A stretch of DNA of 64,000 bases from Lachnospiraceae bacterium (GTDB lineage Bacteria; Bacillota; Clostridia; Lachnospirales; Lachnospiraceae): positions 5,028 to 69,027 of the forward strand of contig JBJELP010000267.1 in assembly GCA_051879215.1 (NCBI GenBank), given 5' to 3'. Position numbers and translations under genes: made by a program. Shown here piece after piece: positions 10,531-20,391 of this stretch (position 1 is its first letter; each line of letters opens with the position of its first letter). Under the pieces are notes generated by a model, which worked only from the letters and a program-made list of their open reading frames with translations, made no database searches and was not told the DNA's origin.

Positions 10531-10774
10531 AATTCTCTATTCCTTTCCAGTATAACTCACGCTAATTGACAAACTGTTTCATACAAGCATGAACAGCATG
10601 ACCTTTTGACCCTGGTAACTCATACTAATGTATTTATATAAATATTTCCTGTGCAAAAAGAAAGAACTGCAGATTTGCCCGGACCTGTCAAAACTCCGAA
10701 AAAGCTGCAGCTCTTTTTATCTTTTACATAAAGTATTTCATCCCATCCGGCAGTTTCCGGGCAGAACGCTGCGT

Positions 10775-11941
10775 TTACTCCACCACCGGAAGCGTCTTCA
10801 CAAATGCTTCTATTCGTTCCAGTGCGCGCTTCAGGCTGTCCAGAGAGTATGCATAGGAAATACGGATATAACCTTCTCCGCTGTCACCGAATGCTGTACC
10901 GGGTACGACGGCAACCTCCTGTTCCTGCAGCAGTTTCAAAGCAAACTCCTCAGAAGTCATACCATACTTTTTAATACTGGGAAATACATAGAATGCACCC
11001 CTTGCTTCAAAACAGTCCATGCCAATACGGCGCAGCTCATGGAGCAGAAAACGGCGGCGCTGGTTATAGGCCTCTGTCATCATGGCAACATCATCATCCC
11101 CATTACGAAGAGCCTCCACAGCCGCATACTGACTGGTTGTGGGTGCACACATGATGGCAAACTGATGAATCTTGGTCATCTGGCTGATGATTTCCTCCGG
11201 TCCTGCTGCATAACCCAGACGCCATCCTGTCATGGCAAATGCCTTGGAAAAGCCATTAATCACAATGGTTCTTTCTGCCATACCCGGCATTTCTGCAATG
11301 CTGACATGTTTGTCGCCATAGGTCAGTTCCGCATAGATTTCATCGGAAATTACAAAAAGGTCCTTTTCAATACAGACTTTTGCAATTTCTTCCAGATTCT
11401 TACGGGACAGCACGGCACCTGTGGGATTATTGGGAAACGGAAGAATCAGAACTTTTGTCTTTTCCGTACATGCTTCTTCCACTTCAGCAGCTGTCAGCTG
11501 GAATTCATTCTCAACCTTTAACGGAATCGGCACAGGTACTGCATGGGTCAGCTGGGCACAGGGCAGATATGATACGTAGCAGGGCTCCGGAATCAGAACT
11601 TCATCTCCGGGATCGATCATGGCACGCAGGCCAACGTCAATGGCTTCACTGCCGCCGATGGTAACCAGAACTTCTGACTCATTATAATTGAGATTAAATT
11701 TCCGTTTCAGATAATTACAGATTTCAATCTTCAGTTCTTTTAAACCGGCATTTGAGGTATAATATGTACGACCGTGTTCCAGGGAATAAATACCTTCTTC
11801 ACGAATATGCCAGGGTGTATCAAAATCCGGTTCGCCCACACCAAGGGAAATGGCATCAGGCATATCATTTACCACATCAAAAAACTTACGGATTCCGGAA
11901 GGCTGCATTTCACGGGTAATTTTGGATATCGGGTCTCTCAT
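10775..11941 (-). CDS. Class I/II pyridoxal-phosphate-dependent aminotransferase (aspartate/aromatic type)
   Basis: 388 aa. NPTG motif and PLP-lysine region (INGFSKAFAMTGWRLGY). Confidence 0.85.
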   Translation of the reverse strand: MRDPISKITREMQPSGIRKFFDVVNDMPDAISLGVGEPDFDTPWHIREEGIYSLEHGRTYYTSNAGLKELKIEICNYLKRKFNLNYNESEVLVTIGGSEAIDVGLRAMIDPGDEVLIPEPCYVSYLPCAQLTHAVPVPIPLKVENEFQLTAAEVEEACTEKTKVLILPFPNNPTGAVLSRKNLEEIAKVCIEKDLFVISDEIYAELTYGDKHVSIAEMPGMAERTIVINGFSKAFAMTGWRLGYAAGPEEIISQMTKIHQFAIMCAPTTSQYAAVEALRNGDDDVAMMTEAYNQRRRFLLHELRRIGMDCFEARGAFYVFPSIKKYGMTSEEFALKLLQEQEVAVVPGTAFGDSGEGYIRISYAYSLDSLKRALERIEAFVKTLPVVE

Positions 11942-12423
11942 GGCGTAATCTTCATCCTTTCATCTTCTCTGGTTTCATTGGCCAGAATAATACCGTGATC
12001 TTTATATTTTTTCAGAATAAAGTATGTTGCGGTACTGATTACCTGATCCAGTACGGAAAGTTTTTCCGTAACAAATTTAGAAACACCGCGCATGGTCTTG
12101 CCTTCCAGAATAACAGTAAAATCATATGCACCGGACATCAGATATACTGCATTTACTTCGGGATACTTCATAATTCGTTCTGCAAAATTATCAAAGCCCT
12201 GTCCTCTGGAAGGTGTTACACGTACTTCGATCAATGCTGTGACTTTTTCCTCTGAAGTATTATCCCAATTGATCAATGTGTGATAACCACAAATAATATG
12301 TTCCTTTTCCATATCTGCGATGGTATTGGCAATAACCGATTCATCTTCTCCCAGTAAAATCGCCAGTTCATGAAGATTGATGCGGCTGTTCTTTTCCAGC
12401 ACCGCAAGAATTTTGTCTCTCAT
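11938..12423 (-). CDS. Lrp/AsnC-family transcriptional regulator
   Basis: 161 aa. N-terminal HTH (ILAVLEKNSRINLHELAILLG) plus an AsnC-type ligand domain. 4-nt overlap with the downstream aminotransferase gene suggests an operon. Confidence 0.85.
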   Translation of the reverse strand: MRDKILAVLEKNSRINLHELAILLGEDESVIANTIADMEKEHIICGYHTLINWDNTSEEKVTALIEVRVTPSRGQGFDNFAERIMKYPEVNAVYLMSGAYDFTVILEGKTMRGVSKFVTEKLSVLDQVISTATYFILKKYKDHGIILANETREDERMKITP

Positions 12424-12510
12424 TGTTTATCCTCCTTCATTCGGGCACTCCATGCCCTGTATAGTTTCAGCTGCTATCTCCCGGAGAAATCCAGCGGGAT
12501 TGGGGCAGCA

Positions 12511-13176
12511 TTATTTCAAAACTTTCAATAATTCATCCTGCTCCGGCCGGTTCAGACAGCTTTGGACTTCATCATGACAGATCAGTTTGTCCTGATCTGC
12601 TGTCATATAGCCGATTACCTGACAGGGTATTCCGGTGCTTTTCAGTGCCTGCACCACCTCATATCCATGGTCTGCTATCATCATGGTACATCCGCAGGAC
12701 ATCAGCTGCCACGGATTCAGGTCAAATACTTCGCAGCATTCAATGGTAATCTGACGCACCGGAACCGCTTCATAATCAATACGGAATCCCTTTCCGCTCT
12801 CTGCTGCCAGCTGACACAGTGCTGTCAGCAGACCGCCCTCTTCCACAGGATATACAGCCTTTACTCCATGTTTCCGGATCAGATCCGGATCCGGATAACA
12901 GTGTGCCTGTTTTTCCAGAGTTTTTCCTGTCCGTATGAAGTGAAGAGGAAGAGTCTTTGCCAGTTCCTTTTCATAATTCTCAGTAAGATAAACGGTACCT
13001 GCCATACCAATATAGCCAAATAACACTATTTCCTGCCCGGATGTGATCTCTGCTGCATCCGGATCATAGTATTTCAGCAGCTTTTCTCTGTAAAGCGCCG
13101 TTTCATAACAATCCGCAAAAGCGGAGAGGGCTTCTGCCTTCTCCGCTTTCATTCTGTACATTCTGTCCATACTCAT
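12511..13176 (-). CDS. AIR-synthase-related (PurM C-terminal-like) domain protein
   Basis: 221 aa. The segment EEGGLLTALCQLAAESGKGFRIDYEAVPV...FDLNPWQLMSCGCTMM resembles PurM/HypE-type C-terminal domains. Function unknown. Confidence 0.5.
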   Translation of the reverse strand: MSMDRMYRMKAEKAEALSAFADCYETALYREKLLKYYDPDAAEITSGQEIVLFGYIGMAGTVYLTENYEKELAKTLPLHFIRTGKTLEKQAHCYPDPDLIRKHGVKAVYPVEEGGLLTALCQLAAESGKGFRIDYEAVPVRQITIECCEVFDLNPWQLMSCGCTMMIADHGYEVVQALKSTGIPCQVIGYMTADQDKLICHDEVQSCLNRPEQDELLKVLK

Positions 13177-13197
13177 TTATATCCGTGTTACAATGCC

Positions 13198-14745
13198 TTA
13201 TTCCACCGGAGTATTATTTTCCTCAGGAGTTTTTGTGGTTTCCGGTGCTTTCGTTGTTTCCGGTGCCTGGGTCGTCTCCGGTGCTTTCGTTGTTTCAGCA
13301 GACGAACCATCGGACGAAGTGGTTTCACCGTTGGAAGAATCAGAAGGTGTTGTAGAAGGTGTTGTTTCAACAGGTTTCTTTGTACCGCGTATACCCTTTG
13401 CAGGTGAGCCGGAATAAGTGTCCACATACAGCTCTTTACGTTCTGTTTCCTTACCATCCACGTAAACGACTTTTGTCAGAGAAGCCTTTACTGCCGGATA
13501 TGCCTCCTGTGTAATCTTGGTGTAGCCTTCCGGCAGAGTGGGGTCATTGGTATAGGTTACGCCGCTGGGAACAGATGAACTCAGTGTTTTTGAAACATAT
13601 TTAACGGTCCGGTTGGACGGTCTTGTATCATTGCCATAAATAACGAACGAACACTTGCCGCCGCCTGCTGAAGATGCAATATAAATCGGATCGTCATATG
13701 GATTCTTCAGTTTCAGATCTTTCTGAGGATTCTTATAATCGCTGCCGGCATAGATGGTAGAATCCATGGCGTAGTCAACATAATGAACAATCAGTGTATG
13801 ATGATAACGCTCTACAATATCCAGTTCTGCAAATAATGCAGCATTATATAAAGTAGATGCGGTCTGACAGATGCCCGCACCAACCGTTTCTTCCACATTG
13901 GTTCCAAAATATCCCTGACCGGTACCATAACCGCCGGCCTGTGATCGTTCTCCCATCAGTGTGGATACAGAAATGGTTTCACCGGGCCAGATAATCGTAC
14001 CGTTCAGACGCTGTGTGCTGAGCACCAGACTCTTGGTTCGTCCCACATTGCTGCTGGAATAGGATGTTGTTTTCTGACCGAGAACATCCTTGATATTTTT
14101 CAGTTCAGAAGCAGTATGTTTCGGCTCTGCAACGGTGACGGTTGTCTGAATCGTTGCCGTGTCTTCTTTCCAGTCAGACATAATCTGCTCATTGATCGCA
14201 GCAACCGTGGAATCCACATCAACAGTTAATCCCTGTTCCTCGTCTGTAATTACAAAAGAACTTCCCTTTTTGGTAATGGTGGGTTCCTTTGCCTCCTGGT
14301 CATACGACTTCAGGGTTTCTTCCACAAACTCATTCAGTTTCTGAGAATTCACATTCAGTTTCAGATCAAAAACTTTATTTTCCCGCTTCAGATCAGAAAG
14401 AATTTTAAAACGGGAAATCACATTGCCTGTTTTGGCAAGATCCATGGCCTCATCCACAAGTTCAGGATTGGACCACTCGATGCCGACCTCGCTCAGATCC
14501 AGTACATCTTCGTGATCTCCTGTGACCATGGTAATGGTTTTTTTCTCAAGATTTTCAATATATTCATTGACTGCTTCTTCTGCTTCATCAGAAGTCAGCC
14601 CGGACAAGTTAATATTACCGGCGTAAACGCCATCCACAATTACACCAGGTTCCGGTTCTGTAATTTTTCCGGCAGCATAAACACCGGCTCCCAGAATCAT
14701 TACCAGAGACAGCACCAATACACTGATCGCTGCACCTTTTTTCAT
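13198..14745 (-). CDS. VanW-family protein with N-terminal TM/signal anchor, G5-like domain and Thr/Pro-rich tail
   Basis: 515 aa. VanW core (GAGICQTASTLYNAALFAELDIVERYHH), then a G5-like region (TKVVYVDGKETERKELY), then the repeat tail. Confidence 0.8.
   Translation of the reverse strand: MKKGAAISVLVLSLVMILGAGVYAAGKITEPEPGVIVDGVYAGNINLSGLTSDEAEEAVNEYIENLEKKTITMVTGDHEDVLDLSEVGIEWSNPELVDEAMDLAKTGNVISRFKILSDLKRENKVFDLKLNVNSQKLNEFVEETLKSYDQEAKEPTITKKGSSFVITDEEQGLTVDVDSTVAAINEQIMSDWKEDTATIQTTVTVAEPKHTASELKNIKDVLGQKTTSYSSSNVGRTKSLVLSTQRLNGTIIWPGETISVSTLMGERSQAGGYGTGQGYFGTNVEETVGAGICQTASTLYNAALFAELDIVERYHHTLIVHYVDYAMDSTIYAGSDYKNPQKDLKLKNPYDDPIYIASSAGGGKCSFVIYGNDTRPSNRTVKYVSKTLSSSVPSGVTYTNDPTLPEGYTKITQEAYPAVKASLTKVVYVDGKETERKELYVDTYSGSPAKGIRGTKKPVETTPSTTPSDSSNGETTSSDGSSAETTKAPETTQAPETTKAPETTKTPEENNTPVE
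13225..13296 (-). repeat. Four tandem 18-bp units encoding (E-T-T-K/Q-A/T-P)x4 in the VanW C-terminal tail
   Basis: The protein tail reads ETTKAPETTQAPETTKAPETTKTP. The nucleotide periodicity is visible as repeated ggtttccggtgctttcgt-type units. Confidence 0.8.
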
Positions 14746-14899
14746 GATATTTCCTCCCTGTTTTCTGTCTGAACATACAGACAGACTTTATGCGCTACAA
14801 ACAATAATTTTAACATATTTACTGTCTTTTTCAATAATAAATATATCTATAATTTTATGTTTTTTCTGCTTTCCGATGACAAAATGTAACAACACCTTC

Positions 14900-14998
14900 T
14901 CACATCATGCATCCGAGAATACCTGTGATCAGCATGGCTGCTGCAAGAAGCCCTGCAATGACACCTGCTGCAATTCGTTTCATTTTTTTATTGTACAT
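14900..14998 (-). CDS. Possible 32-aa hydrophobic micropeptide (MYNKKMKRIAAGVIAGLLAAAMLITGILGCMM)
   Basis: Own translation; the ORF is below the track's size cutoff. GAGAGGTGAGG lies upstream of the ATG, and the peptide has a basic N-terminus plus one TM-like helix. It sits between nth and vanW on the same strand. Confidence 0.3.
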   Translation of the reverse strand: MYNKKMKRIAAGVIAGLLAAAMLITGILGCMM

Positions 14999-15021
14999 AA
15001 ACCTCACCTCTCTATTGGAAT

Positions 15022-15654
15022 TCACGATTTTTCTGCTGCGGAAGGACAGACTTCTTTCAGAAAGCACTCCCCACAGGCGGGCTTTCTGGCCTTACAGATC
15101 GTCCGACCCAAAGTAATCAGATGGATGTTGATCAGAATCCAGTGGTCTTTGGGAATCACCCGCATGAGATCAAATTCAACCTTAACCGGATCCTCTTCTT
15201 CTGTCAGCCCCAGTTTGCGTGCAATCCGTTTGACATGGGTATCCACCACAATACTGGGATCACCATAAATATTGCCGCGGATTACATTGGCTGTTTTCCG
15301 CCCCACTCCTGCCAGTGAGGTCAGTTCCTCCAGTGTCCTGGGAACCTCACCGCCAAAACGGTTCACCAAAGCATCTGCACAGGAAATAATATTCTTTGCC
15401 TTATTATGGTAAAATCCAATGGAATGAATATCCTTTTCCAGTTCCTTCAGATCGGCGGCGGCAAACTTTTCCAGAGTATCGTACTTTTTAAACAGATTTT
15501 CCGTAACGATGTTCACCCGTGCATCAGTACATTGTGCACTCAGTATGACAGCGATCAGCAGCTGCCATGCATTTTCATGATTCAGATAACAACGGTATTC
15601 CGTACCATATTCCTGATCCAGCAGCTCTAAAATCTTTGTTACATCACTTTTCAC
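15022..15654 (-). CDS. nth: Endonuclease III (DNA glycosylase / AP lyase)
   Basis: HhH-GPD region (LTSLAGVGRKTANV) and a C-terminal 4Fe-4S loop CKARKPACGECFLKEVC. Confidence 0.9.
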   Translation of the reverse strand: MKSDVTKILELLDQEYGTEYRCYLNHENAWQLLIAVILSAQCTDARVNIVTENLFKKYDTLEKFAAADLKELEKDIHSIGFYHNKAKNIISCADALVNRFGGEVPRTLEELTSLAGVGRKTANVIRGNIYGDPSIVVDTHVKRIARKLGLTEEEDPVKVEFDLMRVIPKDHWILINIHLITLGRTICKARKPACGECFLKEVCPSAAEKS

Positions 15655-17473
15655 ACGCTTCCTCCTGCTCCGTAAAAGGAACCCAGATCACTTCTGCATT
15701 ATGATTCAGTGCATCCCGTCTGTCATAATCAAATATCGCAAGCCAGAGTTCCTTCTGCATTGTATCACCATTCTGTGTCTCTTTTTTATCTTTTTTATTA
15801 CAAAAATATATTTTTTCTATATTATTTCTGAATATCAGAGGCTGACATCTGCCACGCAGCTGCCGGTAGGAGCTTTTTGAGGCATCTTCACCAAACCAGC
15901 GGCCCTCTTTGATCTCCTGTGCAAAAAAGTCTGCAATCTGTTTCTTCCAGAGGGATTGATCCGGAACAAACGCCGGCACCCGATTCAGTTTTTCCCGCAG
16001 ACAGAAATCAAAGGTCAGCAGCTCATCTATAAACCCGCTCTCCTCTTTGGGAAAATGTTCCTGAAGAAAAATCCGCAAAGCCATATATTTCCCGATTCGA
16101 TTCTGATTTGCCGACCGGTATCCATTCTGACGCAGAAAATCTCCGAACTCCCGGAAAAAACGAAACGGGCTGTTGAAATATTTCATGATCCAGGAAAGCG
16201 TTACAGTAAACTGACCGCTGTTATAGTAATCTTCCACTGTTTCTTCCACATTTTTCAATACAATTACATCTTCATAGGACAGCCATCTGGTGGAAAGAAC
16301 TTCATAAACAGGACGCTTCCGATACACCAGTCCATGGATGTCGGCTTCTTTTTCCATTCTGGTTCCGTGAAGTACTTTCAGAAATCCCAGCTGCAGCTGA
16401 TCCGGCTTCATGGCATAAACATCATCAAAGGACTTCGAAAAGCTTTCCAGTCCTTCATGGGGAAGGCCTGCAATCAGATCCAGATGCTGATGGATATTGT
16501 GCAGCTTCCGAACCTTCTCCGTATTAGCTGCAACCTTTTCGATATCCATGTTTCTGCCGATGGCACGAAGGGTATCGGGATTGGTGGTCTGCACACCGGT
16601 TTCCAGCTGAATCAGCCCGGGCCGCATTTTGGAAAACAGCTCAATGTCCTCTTCTTTCAGCAGATCTGCCGATATTTCAAAATGGAAATTCGTAACTCCA
16701 TTATCGTGTTCATGAATATAGTTCCAGATTGCATGGGCATGTTCATGCCTGCAATTAAAGGTGCGGTCTACAAATTTGACCTGGGCCACCTTCCCTTTCA
16801 GGAAAAAATCCAGTTCCTGAAATACCAGAGAAAGACTTCGGAAGCGAAGATTTTTTTCCACGGAAGACAGACAGTAACTGCAGGAAAAGGGACAGCCTCT
16901 GCTGCTCTCATAATAAATAATCCGATTTTCATAATCTGACAGGTTCCTGTATGGGAATACCAGTCGATCCATGGAAAGGATCGGACGGGTTCCGGTTCGC
17001 ACAGGGTTTCCCATACCGTCTCTGATGCATAATCCGGCTATATCCTGCAGCGTTCTTCCTGCAGAATCGGTTCCTGTTTCAATTCTGTCCTCATACCAGC
17101 CGGACAGCTCTGCCATGGTTTCTTCTCCTTCGCCCACCATAATTCCGGTAATCTGCGGCATCTGCAGCAGCCGATCCTCCGGATTCCAGGAAACCTCCGG
17201 TCCCCCCAGCCACAATGGAACGTCCGGCATGATCTGATGCAGTTCCTCTGTCAGTTCTTCCACAAAACGAAGATTCCAGATATAACAGGAAAAGCCGATT
17301 ACATCCGGCTTTCTTACATAAATATCACGAAGAATTTCTTCTTTCTGATGATTGATCGTATACTCAGCCAATTCCACCGGATGCCCTGCTGCTTCTGCAA
17401 AGGCACGAAGACTGTATATGGCCAGATTGGAATGAATATATTTCGCATTAATCGCTGCCAGCAGAAAACGCAT
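15644..17473 (-). CDS. B12-binding-domain radical SAM protein (DUF4080-type C-terminus)
   Basis: ORF trimmed to ATG 17473 (MRFLLAAINAKYIHSNLAIY), which is preceded by AGGAGG; the longer ORF would run through the tRNA gene. Radical-SAM motif SSRGCPFSCSYC. Confidence 0.8.
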   Translation of the reverse strand: MRFLLAAINAKYIHSNLAIYSLRAFAEAAGHPVELAEYTINHQKEEILRDIYVRKPDVIGFSCYIWNLRFVEELTEELHQIMPDVPLWLGGPEVSWNPEDRLLQMPQITGIMVGEGEETMAELSGWYEDRIETGTDSAGRTLQDIAGLCIRDGMGNPVRTGTRPILSMDRLVFPYRNLSDYENRIIYYESSRGCPFSCSYCLSSVEKNLRFRSLSLVFQELDFFLKGKVAQVKFVDRTFNCRHEHAHAIWNYIHEHDNGVTNFHFEISADLLKEEDIELFSKMRPGLIQLETGVQTTNPDTLRAIGRNMDIEKVAANTEKVRKLHNIHQHLDLIAGLPHEGLESFSKSFDDVYAMKPDQLQLGFLKVLHGTRMEKEADIHGLVYRKRPVYEVLSTRWLSYEDVIVLKNVEETVEDYYNSGQFTVTLSWIMKYFNSPFRFFREFGDFLRQNGYRSANQNRIGKYMALRIFLQEHFPKEESGFIDELLTFDFCLREKLNRVPAFVPDQSLWKKQIADFFAQEIKEGRWFGEDASKSSYRQLRGRCQPLIFRNNIEKIYFCNKKDKKETQNGDTMQKELWLAIFDYDRRDALNHNAEVIWVPFTEQEEACEK

Positions 17474-17592
17474 TGCAAGACCTCCTTCTGTATACATGAT
17501 CACGGCAATTTTCTGTATCGGGAACTTTGAGAGTACAAAGCAATACATGGATACAAGAAAAGGGACACATCCGATGATGTATCCCTGTATAG

Positions 17593-17663
17593 AGCGGGTG
17601 ATGGGAATCGAACCCACGTATCCAGCTTGGAAGGCTGGTGTTCTACCATTGAACTACACCCGC
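17593..17663 (-). tRNA. tRNA-Gly (anticodon UCC), no encoded CCA
   Basis: The reverse complement GCGGGTGTAGTTCAATGGTAGAACACCAGCCTTCCAAGCTGGATACGTGGGTTCGATTCCCATCACCCGCT folds as a cloverleaf: 7-bp acceptor stem, D stem GTTC/GAAC, anticodon loop CTTCCAA, T loop TTCGATT. Confidence 0.9.
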
Positions 17664-17791
17664 ATGCATATCAAAAACAAGTGTATTGTATATGATATGC
17701 TATTAAATGTCAAGCACTTTTTTTACTGATTGTTCCTTTTTTTTCTGACTGGTACCCGTTTCTCCTTCAGGCCCATGCGTCGATTTGAACT

Positions 17792-20038
17792 CTACCGGTT
17801 TTCCGTGCTGAGAATAACCGCACCATATGCATGAACTGTAATGTGAATCATACCATTTTCCACAATATACGGTTTCTTTCCCACATTGTATCGCTCCTCT
17901 GAGGTACTCATGAGGCGGAACATTGTCGTGCCGTTTTCAATCCCCAGTTCCCAGACGGGGATATCCATATCCGTATCATGGTCCTGATTGTTGATGGCAA
18001 CTGCCACTCTGTTTTCATCCAGGAAACGTCCATACATCAGCGTGCCGTAACCGTATCCCATGAATTTCAGAGATCCGGTACGGAGTGCCTTGTGGCGATG
18101 ATGGATTCCGGTCATATATTTATGAAATTCAATCAGTTCCAGATCCTGGTTATCCCATGGATAGGGTCTTCGGCTGTCCGGATCGGTCCATCCGCAGAGT
18201 CCTGTCTCATCACCATAGTAGATCGTCGGTGCCCCGGGCCAGGTCATCTGAATGACAATGCCCTCACGGAAAATTCCTTTATTGATTCCTTCCTCTGCAG
18301 CCCTTGACCCCATGTAGGAGATACGTCCTGCCTTACAGCTGGTTCTGGTCATAAAACGGGAATGATCATGATTGGAAAGCTCATTCATGGCACTCAACAG
18401 GGCTCCCCGATGCATTCTGCACATGTTGTAACGCATGCTGTCATAGAAAACCCGTCCATTGTTATGCAGATCTGCTTCATAGCGATCACTGTGTTTCTCC
18501 AGGCCAGTCAGAAACCATGTGACAGGATCCATAAATGCATCATAGTTCATGATCGTATCCCACTCATCTCCCTGCAGCCAGGAATATGCATCCCCATAAT
18601 GTTCTGCAAGAATCAGAGCATCCGGATTGGAATCCTTTACATTCTCGCGGAAACGTTTCCAGAAATTGTGATTAAATTCCGGTGTGTTTCCCAGATCTGC
18701 AGCCACATCCAGCCGCCATCCATCCACGTTGTACGGCGGAGACACCCACTTGCGTCCGATGCCCATGACATAATCACAAAGCTCAGGGGATTCTTCATAA
18801 TTCAGCTTGGGAAGGGTATCATTACCCCACCAGCCATTATAATTTTTGTTATAGGGCCAGTTATCTTCCGTAAAATGGAAAAAACTGTGGTAAGGGCTTT
18901 TCTTGCTGACAAAAGCGCCATCTTCATACCCTTTCCGCCCTTTATAAATACACTCCCTGTCCATCCATTTATTAAAGGAACCGCAGTGATTGAACACCCC
19001 ATCCAGAATAATGCGCATACCACGTTTATGTGCCTCTTCGCAGAGCTTTGCAAACAGCTCATTGCTGGCTTCCAGATTTTTAAAACTGGTAACACGATTG
19101 ATATATCTGGTGGCTTTCTGATTATTCTTTGCCCCCTCCGGAAGAAGTTTTCCTTCATCTTCTATAATTACACCGTAATGGGGATCAATGTAGTCATAAT
19201 CCTGAATATCATATTTATGATTAGAGGGAGATACAAACAGCGGATTAAAATAAATCACATCCACACCCAGTTTCCTGAGATAATCCAGCTTATCCAGAAC
19301 TCCCTGCAGATCGCCGCCGTAAAAACGTCCCACATCCAGACTCATCAGATCCTGCGACCAATCCTGCACCTGCGCCGAAGGAATGCTGTTTACATAGAGA
19401 TATTCCCGATCCAGCACATCATTGGACGGATCTCCGTTGCAGAACCGATCTGTAAAAATCTGATAAGTGACAGCACCTTTTGCCCATTCCGGTACATGTA
19501 CACCGGGACGTACCACAAAACTGTATTTTGACTCCGGTTTTTCCACAACGCCCAACTGGTTGTAATACCGGATTGTTTTCCCTTTTTTTATTGAAAAATA
19601 ATACCAGAACAGTTTCTCCCCCACAGGAACCTCAGTTTCATAAAAATCAAATCCGGTGTCAAACACGAGAACCTCTTCTTCTGAAACTGCATTCTCTGAA
19701 AGTTCTTCCTCTGAAACTGCATCCTCCGGAAGTTTCTCTTCCAAAGACTTCTCTTCTTTTTCCTCTGCTGCAGCTTCACAGACACCGTCTTCTTTCCGGC
19801 AGACCTTATGCATTGCAATCACGGATTCCAGAAATGCTTCCGGGGCTGCATCCCCTTTTTCTGTGTTAATCTTAACATTTTTCTGAATATGGAGTCGTAC
19901 CTGATCCACATCATCTTTCCATGTGCGGAAACGGATTGTCAGGCTGTCTCCTGCATCTGGTTCTTCCGGACAACGGAACATACCGCTTTCATCGGAGAAC
20001 AACGCTCGTTCATTCATCATCATATTCTGGTCTGACAT
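17792..20038 (-). CDS. GH13 alpha-amylase-family glycosidase (neopullulanase/cyclomaltodextrinase-like) with an extended N-terminal domain
   Basis: GH13 conserved regions DGVFNHCG, GWRLDVA, AEHYGD and NELSNHDHSRF. The N-terminal region contains an acidic repeat insert. Confidence 0.85.
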   Translation of the reverse strand: MSDQNMMMNERALFSDESGMFRCPEEPDAGDSLTIRFRTWKDDVDQVRLHIQKNVKINTEKGDAAPEAFLESVIAMHKVCRKEDGVCEAAAEEKEEKSLEEKLPEDAVSEEELSENAVSEEEVLVFDTGFDFYETEVPVGEKLFWYYFSIKKGKTIRYYNQLGVVEKPESKYSFVVRPGVHVPEWAKGAVTYQIFTDRFCNGDPSNDVLDREYLYVNSIPSAQVQDWSQDLMSLDVGRFYGGDLQGVLDKLDYLRKLGVDVIYFNPLFVSPSNHKYDIQDYDYIDPHYGVIIEDEGKLLPEGAKNNQKATRYINRVTSFKNLEASNELFAKLCEEAHKRGMRIILDGVFNHCGSFNKWMDRECIYKGRKGYEDGAFVSKKSPYHSFFHFTEDNWPYNKNYNGWWGNDTLPKLNYEESPELCDYVMGIGRKWVSPPYNVDGWRLDVAADLGNTPEFNHNFWKRFRENVKDSNPDALILAEHYGDAYSWLQGDEWDTIMNYDAFMDPVTWFLTGLEKHSDRYEADLHNNGRVFYDSMRYNMCRMHRGALLSAMNELSNHDHSRFMTRTSCKAGRISYMGSRAAEEGINKGIFREGIVIQMTWPGAPTIYYGDETGLCGWTDPDSRRPYPWDNQDLELIEFHKYMTGIHHRHKALRTGSLKFMGYGYGTLMYGRFLDENRVAVAINNQDHDTDMDIPVWELGIENGTTMFRLMSTSEERYNVGKKPYIVENGMIHITVHAYGAVILSTENR

Positions 20039-20196
20039 AACTTTTCTCCTCTATAGTGCGTAAAGATAACTCGCTCATATTTTATAATACTTAAAGCAAA
20101 TACACAAGTAGATTTCGACAACGATTCTGCTGAGCATACCGTCATCCTGCATTTAGCTCGTCAGGCCTGCCTGTATTTGCTGATTGGAACTGAATA

Positions 20197-20227
20197 TGAA
20201 AAAGACCGGTACGGGGAGGTACCGGCC
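20197..20227 (-). terminator. Rho-independent terminator (minus strand), second in series downstream of ftsH
   Basis: Stem CCGGTAC/GTACCGG (20206-20212 / 20219-20225) with a CUCCCC loop on the minus strand, followed by a T5 run. Confidence 0.6.
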
Positions 20228-20391
20228 TTTCTCGGAGAAGGTATTTCATTTTATTGGGGTGTAGCAAAAAATATAAAATGTATTGGGGATTTACATGAAT
20301 TATTATAGCCGTAAATCGACAATAAGTGTTAACAAATTATTTTTCATTTTGATTCTTTTTCTATGCATCGTGAATAAATGTTAAAAAAATA

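Noticed and set aside
17474-17617. 5' extension of the radical-SAM ORF (track start 17617). Similar extensions exist for rlmD (to 3079), tilS (to 24537), cstA, murI, the GltD-like gene and the EamA gene.
   Set aside because: The extensions lack an RBS and overlap a tRNA or a neighbouring gene, while internal ATGs preceded by GGAGG-type sites give canonical N-termini.
17593-17663. tRNA-Gly as an integration hotspot for a genomic island.
   Set aside because: No integrase is nearby, and I saw no duplicated copy of the tRNA 3' end by eye. The flanking genes (radical SAM, GH13) have host-like composition. I did not search for this exhaustively.
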